Positions 37,227 through 51,527 of a stretch of DNA of 64,000 nucleotides are shown one piece after another; the stretch's first letter is position 1, and each line of letters begins with the position of its first letter. The DNA lies in assembly GCF_001194135.2 (NCBI RefSeq), contig NC_068998.1, positions 10,196,227 to 10,260,226 on the forward strand. Direction: 5' to 3'. Position numbers and translations under genes: made by a program. The notes below the pieces were generated by a model, which was not told the origin of the DNA, searched no databases, and worked only from the letters and a program-made list of their open reading frames with translations. This DNA comes from Octopus bimaculoides. Lineage: Eukaryota.

Positions 37227-37799
37227 TTTTGTTAATTCTATTCATGGAAATGAACATCTCTTTCTAAGTCTTTTCAGCTTGTTTGTTTGTTGATCACTGT
37301 AATAATGTTGCTAAGAAAATTTTGTCGTGAGCTTGTTAAATCGTCCCTTGATTAAAGAAATTAATAAGCGGTACGGAAGGGTAAATGCTGCGGCACAGGT
37401 AGTTGTATTTGTTTAGCCCCAGGCTGACCCTGTCCAAGCAGACATATGATCAAAAGTATTCCAGCCATGACCATCCTGTCTTTTTTCGATATGCAAAAAA
37501 CCAGGATTGCATTATCCTTTAAAACAGTAATATTTGTTACCTTAAACAGCTAAGAGAACAATATTGTTTGTATTTTTTTTACATGATGTTAGGAAGGGCA
37601 TCCAACTGTAGAGACCATGTCATAGAAGACAGCAGAGTTTGGTGCAGTTTTCTGACTTACCAGTTCCTGTTTAACCATTCTACCCATGCTCATGTGGAAA
37701 ATGGACATTAAAATGATACCGATGGTGACATCCTACTGTTGTTTATTCTGATATAAGCTATACTTTATGATCAAATGTTTGTTAGGTTTGGACACATTA

Positions 37800-38246
37800 T
37801 TTAACCATTTTGATACCACCCTGCCAGAGACCATCCTTGGTTCTATGGTACAAACTTCCTGTTTTGAAGTGATCTAAATTAAAACCTTATAATAAAATGT
37901 CTCGTTAATTTATGTCCCAAACATAATCATTTTGGTACCAACCTGTTCAAACCACCATTGATTCTCTGTTACTGATTCTCCTACTTTAATGTGATCTGAA
38001 TTAAAATTTCCTATTAAAATTTCTTGGTAATTGATGTTCTAAACATCTGTTTAATAACGATAGCATTATTTTACCAAAGTCAGCATTTTTTTTTCAAATC
38101 AATTTAAACAAGGAGGTGTATTTCAAGAAAAATATGATGTTAACAAAATAATTAAAAATTAGTTATTTCACTAAATTCTTCATTTCCAAACTTACATTAA
38201 ACAAAAGCAGTATATTTCAATGAAAATCTGGCAATGACAGGGTTAA
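37800..38246. mobile_element. TTAA-ended (piggyBac-type) MITE-like repeat, second family
   Basis: Starts ttaaccattttgatacc and ends gacagggttaa. Related segments occur at 3760-4130 in both orientations. Confidence 0.55.
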
Positions 38247-38915
38247 TATGACTGTATAATAAACACTCATCTATAGATAGATGTAGGTGCATGGCTCAGT
38301 GGTTAGAGCGTCAAGCTCACAATCATGAGGTAGTGAGTTCGATTCTGGATTTACTTGTATTGGTCAATCAAGCCCTTGCTGTCTACTTTCTGAATGTAAA
38401 TATATTAGATATATTCAAGAATATTGGTTGTAAAAAAAAAATTAATAAATAATCAGCTCATTTATAATTGATGATCAGACATTTTTTGCTGCTGGAGGGC
38501 ATCCTAACTTATATGAATTTAACATCTTGGCTAATCATTAAATGAACAAATATAGCACAGTGGCCAGGTACAATGGATCAATAGCAAGGCATCAAAATGC
38601 TAAATAATGAATCAACCAATAAAAAAAAGTACAGAACGCAACTGCTGAAGGTAACTGGTTGCTATGGATGAAACATAAAGTAACAATAGTTACAGAGACT
38701 CGCTTTTTTTTTGTTTGTGGCTGGTGGTGGCATATATAACTTGGAGTAAAAGACATTTCTATTGTTGGACATCATTGAAGATTGTTTAATGAACAAAGAG
38801 GTTGCTCGATTTGTTGAAAATGAGTCTCTTATATGAATGCTAACCAAACAAGAACAAGAATTTTTTTCGCAAGGTTTCCTGCTGGAAATTTAATTTGTCC
38901 AGAACTTTTGAAATT

Positions 38916-38916
<1 letters not shown>

Positions 38917-38953
<37 letters not shown>
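38917..38953. repeat. Poly(A) tract
   Basis: About 36 consecutive A. Confidence 0.95.
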
Positions 38954-38959
<6 letters not shown>

Positions 38960-41370
38960 GTGACAATATTGTTGTTTCTAGGTACAGGAAGTTGTTTTAA
39001 TGTTACAGAAACAAGAGTTAAGCACTACTGATGTAGCCTTTGTTTTTCATCCTTCTGAGATTGATGAAATAAAGTACCAGTCAAATGCTAGGGTTGATTT
39101 ACAATTACTTAAAGTATCATACATGTAATTGAAATTATTACAGAAGATTGTGACTGAGTCTCTCTTCGTAAAACATTATTTTTTAAAATCAGTGTAAGTT
39201 TGTCAAAGGAGGCTGGAGAAGTGCTCAAGACCTTCAGAACTTCTCCAAGACAGGGGTAGGAGGTTGATGTTATTGATGTTTAATTTCCATTTCTGTAGAT
39301 TGACATCTGCAGGAAAAAAATGTCTGGCGAGGAGTGAGATGTAGTTTTGGAAAGGAGCTACTGGTAAAAGTGCTAAAAGCAGGAGCTAAGATGTTAGACA
39401 TTGCAAAAATGACAAGAGGAGGATAGAGATAATGTGCTGAGGGTGATGGTGTGTGCATGTGTGGTTAGTAGTCACAAGCTGATGAGATGATAAAATGTAA
39501 GTTGATGAGAGCTCTCTCGGTACACACTGTAATTCAGTCTGATGAGAAACTCCCAATCCAAGAGAGGAATCAGATGCAGGGAAAGCTGAACTTTTCAGTT
39601 TAGTTTGGGAGGTTTTATGACAAATATGGACAAAGGTTTGTTAATGAAGTCAAGGGTGAGATATTACTGGTGCATGATTTAGGGGAGCCAAATAAGTTTC
39701 CTGTAGACCTGACAGTGCTACTTTAGCATGTGGCCTACCATGGTATCCATAGTTTACACTGTGAAATGACCTGTCTGGGTCAAGATTAGAGTCGGGGGTT
39801 AGGTTAGGGTTTGATTGTATACAAAAGGGTAATGCTCAGGTAGACCACATGCTAAAGTGTAAATGACCAGGCAGGTCATATGCTAAAGTGGCACTGATCT
39901 GGCTCTAGACAAAACTGTAGTCGTGGTCATTGAAGAGAGAGAGAGAGTGAAGGTGATGAATGAGGTGTCGTTTACGACTATCTGTATAACCTATGTGGTT
40001 TGTAAATGAGTTAATTATAACTAATGTAACACTGTCATTGATTATTGCTCTCATTCTACCTAAAAGATAACTTGTAGGCACTCTAAGGAATTAGTTGCCA
40101 AGCTTGCCCAGCAACAGAAAGTAGAATGAGAATGAATGACAGAAATTAGGTCAGTAAGCCTTTAATTGATGTTGGTAGCAAAATATGGACTGAGACTGAA
40201 CGATGTCGATGAGATAAAGTGATTAAGCATATAGCTCAGGGTGCAGAATTGTTAACGAAGGACAAGATTAATGGAGAAAAGATCCATTTAACTAATGTTT
40301 AGCTTGGAAAATTACAACTCAAAATTCATTAATGGTGTGCCCACTGATTCTCATAAATGAATATTTATTTATTAGGACAGAGAACTTTCTCATGCTTAAT
40401 GAATAATTAGTTTTCGCAATTAGGTTTTTCAGACAAAGAAAGGTTATTATATTTTATCAGCATAGCTTAAAAAAAAAATGATAAAAGAAAAGAGAAAACA
40501 CAAAACAAAAAAAAAAAGAAAAAAACATACAAAAAGAAACAGGAAACCTCAGAATGTTTTGTTTACTTTATATTTTGAGTGATTATGTGTGTATACCAGT
40601 AGATAATACTTTTGTTTTTACATTCATTAAGCATTTCTGTGTCCCTGAAGATGTCTTTTAATTACAATTGTTACAACTTCTAAGTAATGACGGAGTTGTT
40701 TTTCATTACTTTCTCATTAGCATTTTCCCTGTGGCTGTTGACTCAGTGATGTCCAAATATGTATGTCAGCCATATCTGTTTCACCATACTTGGTGGTTCT
40801 GTGATGGTTGTGGGCATTGTTCCTTTTAATAATGCCATTAAAAAGAAAAGCAAAAATCACCCCTCCCCCATATTTTGCTTATTTGCTGAGTATAGTTATT
40901 GTCAAGCTCTTTTCACACTCTTGAGAACTTAACTACTCACCTACCCTTTCTGATCCTTTATCCCCATTCTCTTGCCCTTATACCTTGAGGGCAAATCCTT
41001 ATTGTTTCTTCTCTTCTTCCAGCTGAGGAAGCTAAGTATAACCTCTTCAGCAAGACATCTGTTCTTGTCCTTTCTATCATACTTTAACTTCTCATTACCT
41101 GGCATAAAACCACTGCCCTGAATATTATACCCCCACTTCACTCAAGGGTTCTCACCCATTAAGTTACTTAGTGATCTCACTTGTGTCAGTGCCCTGAACA
41201 AAAAAAAAGCACTCAGTAGCCTCTGTAAAATGGTTGGTATTAGGAAGGGCATCCATCCATAGAAACCATGTTAAAACAGGACATTGGAGTTCAGTGTAAT
41301 CTTCTGGTTTGTTGGTTTTTGTCAAACTGTCCAATCTACACAAGCATGGAAAACAGACATTTGATGATGT

Positions 41371-41606
41371 AAGGCGGCGAGCTGGCAGAAATGTTAGCAC
41401 GTCGGGCGAAATGCTTAGCGGTATTTCGTCTGTCTTTATGTTCTGAGTTCAAATTCCGCCAAGGTCGACTTTGCCTTTCATCCTTTCGGGGTTGATAAAT
41501 TAAGTACCAGTTACACACTGTGGGTCGATATAATCGACTTAATCCGTTTGTCTGTCCTTGTTTGTCCCCTCTATGTTTTAGCCCCTTGTGGGCAATAAAG
41601 AAATAA
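41371..41606 (+). mobile_element. SINE family C, full-length, with a 23-bp target site duplication
   Basis: ggcggcgagctggcagaa...aaagaaataa flanked by ggaaaacagacatttgatgatgt at 41348-41370 and 41607-41629. Partial or decayed copies at about 1650-2050, 15310-15500, 18200-18330, 27480-27800, 32200-33150, 44750-45560 and 56040-57370. Confidence 0.92.
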
Positions 41607-42204
41607 GGAAAACAGACATTTGATGATGTTGATAATGATGAATATTAGGTAATTCAAGTGTGATATGGAAGGTGAAGTGAAAAGATTGGTCGCAAACGGA
41701 AATCCAGTTGTAGCTCACCAGGAGCTTACTACTATTAATCTGTGGTACTCATGAAACAGGATCAGGTTATTCCAGTGTTAGTTTTCTTTCTTGCACACAA
41801 CGATTATAAGAAAGATGAAATAGGATTGAGTGATGCTCATGCCTTTTGTAAGGGTGTTAGTGACAATGGTGAAATTGCAGGAACCAAAGGCTGTGTCCAG
41901 GTTATGGCCTGTGCATCTTTGGTCTTCATCTATACTTAGCAGTACATATGACATCATCATCATTATTGTCATCAATAGTTTATACACCCATTTTCTGTAT
42001 ACCACTGTTGTTTTAGAAATATTTTTCATATCTGCCTTGCAAACCTTCCCCCATCCCAACCACTTTGAGGTCTAGTGTTCCAAACAAAGTTCTTTGCAAT
42101 TGCTTCTTCTTGGGTCTGCTTTGGCTGTGTTCTGTGCTTGATCTGTTGAAGCTTTTGATAATGTTTACAAGTATTCCTACGAGGTAACTGAAGTAATAAG
42201 AGCA

Positions 42205-42211
42205 CAAATGG

Positions 42212-42290
<79 letters not shown>
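42205..42290. repeat. (CA)n microsatellite
   Basis: About 42 CA units. Many other microsatellites are present: (TA)n at 3080, 6000, 16070, 47485, 51215, 59930; (TAT)n at 50760; (GT)n at 55212. Confidence 0.95.
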
Positions 42291-42294
<4 letters not shown>

Positions 42295-44289
42295 TATAAT
42301 TGTATTCATAATATTTATTATGCTATTTAGTTGAGTCAGTTTCTTGCTACTATGTGTTTTTGCCTGTAGGTATATGCCTGTTGACCCTGCATACCCAAAG
42401 GCAAGAAACTGACTTGACCAAACTAAGAATATTGTGAATCTCTACTATGGTATTGAGTACTCTTTTTTTCTGACAGTCATCACTAAGCAGGTATATATAT
42501 ATATATATATATATATAGGTGTATGTGTGTTATGTTTGTGTATCTGTATTTATGAGAGAGAGTGTGTGTATACAACACACACATATACATAAAAGATATA
42601 ATTTTTGTTGTTAATTAATGCTTTGCTTTAATTCTTATCTAACATGCTGCATATGTGTCTGTTAGTCATATGTAGGTCAGACAACACGATGTACAAAAAC
42701 CAATAGTCTCAGTGTGTATTTAGAGGTCTGACCATACATCGATGGATTAAGCTATTTACAACACTGCTAGTTTTCACAGCTATTGTGAACAACTACTAAA
42801 CAAGATTTACTTGTGTAACACTGTTTTCTTCTTTCGTTTAGCATCATTTCTTTTCATTAAACTGTTTTGCATAAAGTAGATGAGTTGGTACTGTTATTAG
42901 AGTACTAACGGAATACCTTGTTTTTGTGTGTATGTGTGTGTATGTTTGTGTATATAGAAAAATAATTTACTTAAACCTTTTAAGAGTAAGAATGGAATGG
43001 GGAAGTGTTCTGTGAGCTTTTATTTCTGCTGGTGACAACAACAAAGGTGTTATCTCTCCCTGTGAAAGGCAAAGTTTAAGATACATGTTGACTGAAGTAT
43101 GATATCACATGCTAGCCTTCTGTGAAGGTGTGTGGTTCAGTGGTTGGAGTATTCAGCTCACAGGTTTTATGGTTGTGAGTTTGATTCCTGGCAGTGTGAT
43201 GTGTCCTCAATCAAGACACTTCACTCCATGTTGCCCCAGTCCACCCGACAGGCAAAAATGACCTGTACCTGTAACTCAAAAGGCCAGCCATATCACATTC
43301 TGTGTCATGCTGAATCTCCCTTGAACTATGTTTAGGGTAAGTATGCTTGGAGTGCTCAGCCACTAGCACGTTAATTTCACAAGCAGGCTATTCCATTGGT
43401 TAGATCAATTGAAACCCTCCTTTTCATAACTGATGGAGTGCCAGTCCATATGGCAGCGAAATATGGGTGTTGTATATAGAGGATGTGAATGAGTATTGGT
43501 TAGGATATTGCACTTATAGCCATAAGTTTCTGGTTTCAGTTCTGGGACCAGGCAGTGTATTATGTTCTCGAGCAAAACACTTCATGTTGCTTCCGTCTAT
43601 TTAGCCATGTGTTTTCCAGTAATAGCTGAGAAGTTAATCCTGTGATGGACTGACATCCTATTCAGTGGTAAGTGTTATAATCTCAGTGTTATAAACCATG
43701 GAAACCAGGTTACACTCCAGCTTTGTAGGTCTTGGGACTCGTGACAAATCTAACATTGAGAATGTTTTGAAACTGGAGAGAAATGGAGTGAGCATATCTC
43801 ATTGTATATATAAAGTTAGTGTGAATGAACAATGAAACACAGATGAACTGAGAGAAAGACTGGGTATAGGAGGAATTAGATGTTGTGTGCAAGAGGGAAG
43901 ACTGTGTTAATACAGAGATGTGATTCATAGGAAAGATGATGGTGAGGTGAAGAAGTGCCACAGAATCCAAATGAAATGGATTTGTAGAAGAGCAAGACTA
44001 AGGAAGACACGGTAGAAGTAAAAGGCTAACTTCAAGAGACTGAACCTCATGGAGTGGATGGTAACAGATCGTGACAAGCAGCAAGGCTCTGTGTTAGAGG
44101 TAACCCGTCTGAACCATGCAAGCATGGAGAAATGAGCACAAAATGATATCTCCTATGTTCTGTTCAATTTCCAACCCATGCAAGCATAGAAAAGTGGACA
44201 TTGAAATGATGTTGATACTGTCTGTAATTCCATCTGTTCTTTGTATGTCTAGAGCTAACTCCATGACATCATCTTACCTCCTACTTCCC

Positions 44290-44700
44290 ATCTGTCTCTT
44301 TTATATGTACGGCTCTCCTTTTCCTCTGGAGCCATTAGTTTTCCTAACATAATTCTCTTTTCCCATGCCATCCACTCTAATAACATTACCAATAAATTTT
44401 TATCTTTGTTTATCAATCAATACTTTTCAAAGTACTGACATGTTTCACTTGCTGCAGTATTGATCTGATTGTTGTTCTTTCTGTCACTGATGTCCTCAAT
44501 ATTCTTCTCTAGCATCATATTTCAAATTTATCAATGTTCTTACTTCCTTTGTTTATTGTCCAAACTTCTTGCATCCATAATATCTACTAGATATACCAGG
44601 AATTTTAATAATCTTTCCTTTGTTCTTTGTAATATCCCTTTATCTTAGATAATTTTCTGAAGTTCACCCTTTTTGAGATGTATTCTTCTTTTAATTTCTT
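44290..44700 (-). mobile_element. Old RTE/BovB-like LINE RT C-terminal fragment
   Basis: Minus strand reads KNIDKFEI*C*RRILRTSVTERTT (cf. IDAFEMWC.RR.LRI.WT.R.TN) and KFIGNVIRVDG...GSRGKGEP (cf. F.GHV.R..G...G.R.RGRP). Confidence 0.6.
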
Positions 44701-47160
44701 TGAGACCCTCCTGGTTTTAAAAGTAAACTCCTCAACCACTTCTAATGCAGTGAGTTGATAGAATTATTAACACATCGGACAAAATGCCTTATTTACTTAC
44801 ACCTGTCTACATTCTGAGTTCAAATCCTGCCTCTGTCCACTTTAATTTTCATCCTTCTGGAATTAATAACATTAAATACCAGTCAACTTAATGGGATTGG
44901 TGGTATCAACTTACATTGTCTCCTCAAAACTGTTGACCTTGTGCCTTAATGAGTAACATTATTGTTATAAAAATAAGAAAAACAGATTGTGTATCTCTAT
45001 TGGTTAATATTTTTTTTTATTTATTCCTTGTTGTTTGTAGTTTATCATTGTTGAACTCTGTACTTTATCTCCATGATAGTACCAGTTGCCAACTATTTTG
45101 AATACCATTGGGAGACAAAGTTTCCTTCCACATAGTTTTGTGTTTGCTTGATAAACTCTATTATGTAACAATTCTTTATAGTCCCAGTAACACAAAATTG
45201 ATACTCTCCTTTATGTGATACCAGCTTGATACTCCTAGATACATGATATAAACTTGATGAACCCAGTTAGTTGATCCTTTCTAATTTTGGCACCAAGACC
45301 AGCAAGTCAGTGGGAAGGGGCCGAGTCGATTACATTGATCCCAGTGCTCAACCGATATGTATTCCATCAACCCTGAAAGGATGAAAGGTGAAATCTATCT
45401 TGGCAGCATCTGAGTTCAAATGCCATCAAGGTTGACTTTGCCTTTCATCCTTTCGTGGTCAAGAAAATAAGAACCAGTTGAGCACTGGGGGTCAACATAA
45501 TTGACTTATTCCCTGACCCCAAAATAGCTAGTCTTGTGTTAAAATTTGAAACCTATACAAGCATGATACTCCTAGATGCTTGATACTACCATTTATGCAA
45601 TACAAGCTTGGCACCTCCAGTTATTTAATACAAAAGTGATTCTCTCAGTTATGTAACACAAACAGAATACTCTTAGTAATACAAACACAATACTCCCAGT
45701 TATGCTATATAAACATGATACACCCAGTTATGTAATGCACGTCATGTTTTTATTAGGTCTTGATTTCTATTTTTAGAATTTTAATGGTTCTTGACATTTA
45801 TAGGGAGAAAGCTAGAAATTTGAAGTAGTTATAAAATCTGTCTTTTTTTTTTCTTTCACGCACTCACACATTGATATCACTACAGCTTGGTGATCTAAAA
45901 GCCCAAAACACAGTTGAGCTAATGAAGTTTCAGCCTTAATTAATTGCTCTGTCATTCATTGCTTCATATTAAGTATTCTTTTACTCATGTTTGTATGTAT
46001 TCACTCATTCATCATATAATCTATCTGTATGTATATATATGATATCCACATACATATGCATATAGACACTAATAAATCTCTCTGCATCTCTATATCTTGC
46101 TCACTCATCTGTTTGTAGTTAAGTTAATGTTAACATATTTAGTATAGTAAACATTAAAAACCTAATTAGAAACATTTAAGTGGTGAGCAAAGGACAGCAT
46201 TAGCTAAATGACTAATTTTAATTTAATCAATTGAACCTGTTTCTATGATATTAAACCTCCTCAGTAAACCATAGACTTAACTATAGGGGCTGATATAATG
46301 ATGAGAAAATCACCAAATAGATGCACAGTATAGTACATGAGGTGTTCATAGCATGGGGTATTGTTTCATTAATATGTTTGAAGTTTGTGATAGCATCAGG
46401 AAGTCTGGAGCTGTGATGGAGTAAATCCTGAACTCTTCAAATAAGCAAATAAATTCTACTATGTGTATTTACTAATTCATTTATCCGATATGTCAATGAC
46501 CTCACAGCCACATCAAATACTGCCCTTTTTCTTATACTGGTGATACAACTCTTCATTTTTCCCTTACTTTCCCAAGCCATGCACCATCTACACGCAACCC
46601 AGATACCACATGCTAAGTCTGCATTGATTCTATGAATGGACCACATGTTGGAAAACAAGTTTCTAAGCCTCACAGCCATGCCTATGTGTGTGTGATTGTG
46701 TATGCATGTGTTTATATATCTTTTATATTTTATTAGTTTCAGTCAGACTACAGCCATGCTGGGGCACTTCTTTGGAAGAATTTTAGTCAAACGAGTCTAT
46801 CCTAGTACTTATAATTTTTTTTTTAAGCCTGGTATTCCTCTTGGTCTCTTTTGCCAAACCACTAAGCTATGAGGACATAAATTAACCAACACCGGTTGTC
46901 AAGTAGTGGTGGGAGTGACAAATGCAGACACAAAGATATATACACATGCACACATATTTATATATGTTGGACTTCTTTCAGTTTCTGACCACTAAACCCA
47001 CTCACAAGGCTTTGGTCAGCCTGAAACTATAGTGGAAGACATTAGCCCAAGGTGCCATGCAGTGGCACTGAAATCAGTACCCCGTGGTTGGTAAATATAT
47101 TACATATATTCTGGTAAATGCCTGTACTTACAAATTAGATGGTAAATATTTTATATATAA

Positions 47161-47480
47161 TAGGCGCAGAAGTGGCTGTGTGGTAAGTAGCTTGCTTACC
47201 AACCACATGGTTCCGGGTTCAGTCCCACTGCGTGACACCTTGGGCAAGTGTCTTCTACTATAACCTCGGGCCGACCAAAGCCTTGTGAGTGGATTTGGTA
47301 GACGGAAACTGAAAGAAGCCCGTCGTATATATGTATATATATTAAATTTAAATGTTGAAGTGAATCTAACGAATTTTGTGTGTTATTTTAAATGGCTTAT
47401 AAACACCTTCCACGCTGCAATTGTTTTCGTTCCAGCACACGATCTCAGATCAGGTCACTTGCTATGCAAGTACATCTCCG

Positions 47481-47532
<52 letters not shown>

Positions 47533-47740
47533 ATGTTTGTGTGTGTATGTTTGTCCCCCTAGCATTGCTTGACAACCGATGCTGGTGTGTTTATGTCCCC
47601 GTCACTTAGCAGTTCGGCAAAAAGAGACATGTAGAATAAGTATTAGGCTTACAAAGAATAATTCCCGGGGTCGATTTGCTCAACTAAAGGCGGTGCTCCA
47701 GCATGGCCACAGTCAAATGACTGAAACAAGTAAAGAGAGT
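47161..47740 (+). mobile_element. SINE family B carrying a 140-bp foreign insert in its central (TA)n
   Basis: The family B head and tail match 23313-23712. Segment 47341-47480 is the reverse complement of 51794-51933. Confidence 0.88.
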
Positions 47741-48332
47741 ATAATCAGGTAAATGCTTGTACTTACAAATTAGAGGAAAACCTGCTCAGTTCAAGAAATA
47801 GTTTGTAGTTTTATTTTGAAGCGAACACATGACAAGTTACAACTACTCGTTTCACAATGAAAATGTTGTATATGATAATAAGAGGAATAAATTAAACAAT
47901 TATCTGGCAACCAACCTGTTAACTTCATAGACCCGCCAAGATATATCATGAACAATGTCATGTATAAGTATGTGTTTTCTTTTTAACTATGTAGTTTTGA
48001 TAATATTCATCGGTGACTTTTAATAACATCTGTTTGTCATTTTTATAGTTAAATATAGAGACTGCAGCTGGTGATGAAATAATTTGCTCTATTAAGCATT
48101 TAGCAGTATGTGTGTCTGTGTGTGTGGGTGTGTGTCGGTGTGTGTGTCGGTGTGTGTGTGTGTGTGTCTGTGTGTGTGTGTCTGTGTGTGTGTTTAGTTT
48201 AGATATTCACTTTGCATCTGGATGGTTTCAGGTTTAGTTTTACTGTGCAGCAACTTGGGCAAGGTAATCTATAATAACTCTAGGTTAACCAGTGCCTTGT
48301 GAATGAATTTGGCAGACAGATGTTGTGAAGCC

Positions 48333-49527
48333 ATGGCGTTGTGGACGATAGAGCATCGTGTATTTGCTTATGACAGTTACATGAAGAATGAGTCTGTCAC
48401 AGCAGTTTAGCATGAGTTTTGGCACCACTTCAACATACACTGAAATCAGGTGGTTCCCACTCGTAACACAGTCTTATGCTGAGTGAATGCCTTTCATACA
48501 CAAGGTACACTAATGAATAAGAGACTAGTAGGGGCACCTTGAATAGTATGGCCCCTGGAAAATGTGGAATGTGTCATACAAGCTTTGATATGGAATCCGA
48601 ATTGCTCTGCTCAGTGGTATTCTACTGAACTTGACATCGGTAATCGATCAGTAAGGCATATTTTTGCATGAAGACCTGCATTTCCACCTGTGCAAATTGG
48701 TCATTGGGCAACAGTTGAAATCGTGGCACAGCGGCATAACTTCAAACGTCAGATGGAAGCAATCTTCGAGGCAAATGACAACCTCATTTTGTTAATGAGT
48801 GATGATACTCATTTTCTTCTCAATGGCATGGTGACTCAACAGAACTGTCGTTATTGGGCTCTTGAAAATCCGAGAGAACTGCACGAAGGGCCACTGTACA
48901 GCTCAAAAGTGACGGTCTGGTGTGCTGTTGCAAAAGCTGCTGTTGTTGGTCCTTACTTTTTTTAACACAATAATGCAAATGCTGTTACTGTGAACTCTGA
49001 GCGTTACATCGAGATGATGAACAAGTTCTTTGTGCCTGAATTATAACAAAAACGTATGCCTATTCGATGTGTGTAGTTTCAGCAGAATGGGGCAACGGCC
49101 CACACACCCAGAGCATCAATGGTCGTTCTTCACCCTTACTTTAGTGACCACCTCATTTCCAGGTTTCCGAACGTTCCTTGGTCCCCTGATTTGTTCATAT
49201 GTGATTATTTCTTGTGGGGAAACCTCAAGGCACATGTGTATGTGCATAAGCCCCATACACTGGACAATTTGAAGGAAGTTATTTACATGAAAGTCGCCCA
49301 AATCGACAGAGCAATGCTAAAGAGAGTGGAGGCCAACTTCCAAGAACACCTTCAGAAATGCATCAATGAAAACGGACACCATACGATGGATGTTGTTTTC
49401 CACACTTGATTTGCACAAATGTTAATTCAATACGAACACATTGTTGGTCAATAAAATTTGTTTGTAGCTAAAATTAATGGTTTTGTGAATTTTTCAAAAA
49501 CTTCTGTCCTCTGTGCCTCACCCTGTA
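48333..49527 (+). mobile_element. Degenerate Tc1/mariner transposon, DD41D (rosa/VS)-like, near-complete ORF remnant with right TIR
   Basis: ATG at 48333 (MALWTIEHRVFAYDSY...), then SDDTHF.LNG.VTQQNCRYW, KVTVWC, GPYFF, FQQNGATAH, WSPDLFICDYFLWG, to the stop at 49409. Several stops and frameshifts. Ends ...cctcaccctg TA at 49525-49527. Confidence 0.9.
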
Positions 49528-49539
49528 TGTGTGTGTGTG

Positions 49540-49576
<37 letters not shown>

Positions 49577-50764
49577 AAATGACAGAGCGAGAGAGGTGGG
49601 AGAGTGATGTGAATCGCAAGTGGTGTTCTTATTGAGTATCAATAGACTTTTAAAGGAACTGAAAATCAAAGACAATCAGTGTCAAGAGAGAGAACAAAAA
49701 TGGTAGCGATGAAATAGGTGAGCTATGGGAAAGAATTGATTTTTCTTGCGATGCTTCTTTCTTTCTTTCTTTTTTTTTTTTTACTGTGTAAACAAGTGTT
49801 GTGTGGGTGGTTGTAGGAGGAGCAGTAGTAGTATTTGTAGTAGTAGTAGTAGTAGTATTAGATGTTAGGTAGTAGAATATAGGTAAGGTTGTGGAGGGAG
49901 GACTTAGAATGAGGTTGTTTCCTTTAAATTGGAACATTTGGCTACTATTTCTAGCATGTTGAATAGCCATGTACAGGCTCCCTTTTCCTCTCTGTAAATA
50001 ACGTTCTCAGTCTGGTGATGGAAGTTATGGTCGGTGGCTGTGATTGGTCCAGCCAGTTTCTAGTTTCACTATTGCTTACCTCACTCTCTCTCAGCTGTTC
50101 GCATCTATAAATTTTTCTAATTTTTGTATTTCTTCCTACTTTCTACTTCTACAGTAGATGTCACTTGTTGATAATCATTAAGACTCTTGTCCCTTCTACT
50201 TTCTCGTCAGCCACCTACCTACATTAAAGAAATGAAAAAATTAGTTTGAAATTATTGTGTTTTTGCTTTTTTTTAAAAAATTTTATTTAAACATTAAATA
50301 TTCATGTTTATATAATTGATGTATTTATCTTTCTAATCTGTCAGTAAAAAAATTAATTAGAAAAAAAAAAGTAAATAAACTACATATTAAAATATAAAAT
50401 AAAATTTTTTTTTAATTACTTTTCCTGTTCAAAAATAAAAATAAAAATCGTTACTAATTACTGTAAAAAAACAATTTAATCAATTTCAATCACTAAATAT
50501 TATATAGAGAGTATTTTTTTTCTAAAAACTTGGTTTAGAAAATATTTAAAGAAAAAAAAAAAAATTCCATTAACATAGTAACAACGGGATTTGAACCGTT
50601 AACACTTAAATAATTATTATTCTCCTATTCAGTCTTGTGATTTTTCTTATTCTCTTTTGTTTTCCTCTTCTTTCTGTCTACCAGACATGATATTGAAAAC
50701 ATTTATGACCGTAGATCAAAGTAGTCTTTTTTTTCTTCTTTTTTTACAATTCATTCATTTATTA

Positions 50765-50817
<53 letters not shown>

Positions 50818-51210
50818 TTTTTCTTCTTTCAACTTCGGCGGTACTACACGATCAATAATTCATATATTATTATTATTATATTATATTATATTGCTGCTGC
50901 CCTGCTGTAGTTCAGTGGCATGTCATGCGAATGTAGCTGGATGATAGGTAGCTTGCTAGGCTGGCTAGCTAATACTACTGCACTGAAAAAGGCAGTGTGT
51001 TGCATGCATCATGAATCTGTTGCTCTGCTACTATGTTCTTTGGTCTGTGTATGTGTGTGTGTGTATTTATAATACGTTTATAGATATATATATATGTTAC
51101 CAACCAGCCGAAGTTAGAGTGTGACAAGGCCACGAGAGTTTCCTGCTGTGGTACTTTTATAAGTGTCAGTACAGAAAACTCTTGGTCTTTGAGCCACTCT
51201 GTAACTTCTG

Positions 51211-51268
<58 letters not shown>

Positions 51269-51487
51269 TACACACTTGTGTTATGAGTTCTCTTTTCTTG
51301 TTTGTATCACCAAACTTATGCACACACACACACACACATACACACACACAGACATACCTATACACACACACATACATATAGGTTGTCTATCTGTTGTTTG
51401 AATGGATGCACTTTTGATTTTGATGCTGTTTCCATTGATGAAAACAGAACTGAGAAAATAAGCACAATCCATCTGCTTTATACATAC

Positions 51488-51526
<39 letters not shown>

Positions 51527-51527
<1 letters not shown>

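Noticed and set aside
38283-38350. tRNA-like sequence (ggctcagtggttagagc...gagttcgattc)
   Set aside because: It has A and B boxes but no complete acceptor stem, and it resembles the SINE heads at 43130 and 21305. Treated as a SINE head fragment.
41690-41940. Protein-looking stretch KIGRKRKSS...DAHAFCKGVSDNGEIAGTKGC
   Set aside because: Contains an in-frame stop, lacks clear splice sites, and I cannot assign a family. It may be a pseudogene or element fragment; a BLASTx would settle it.
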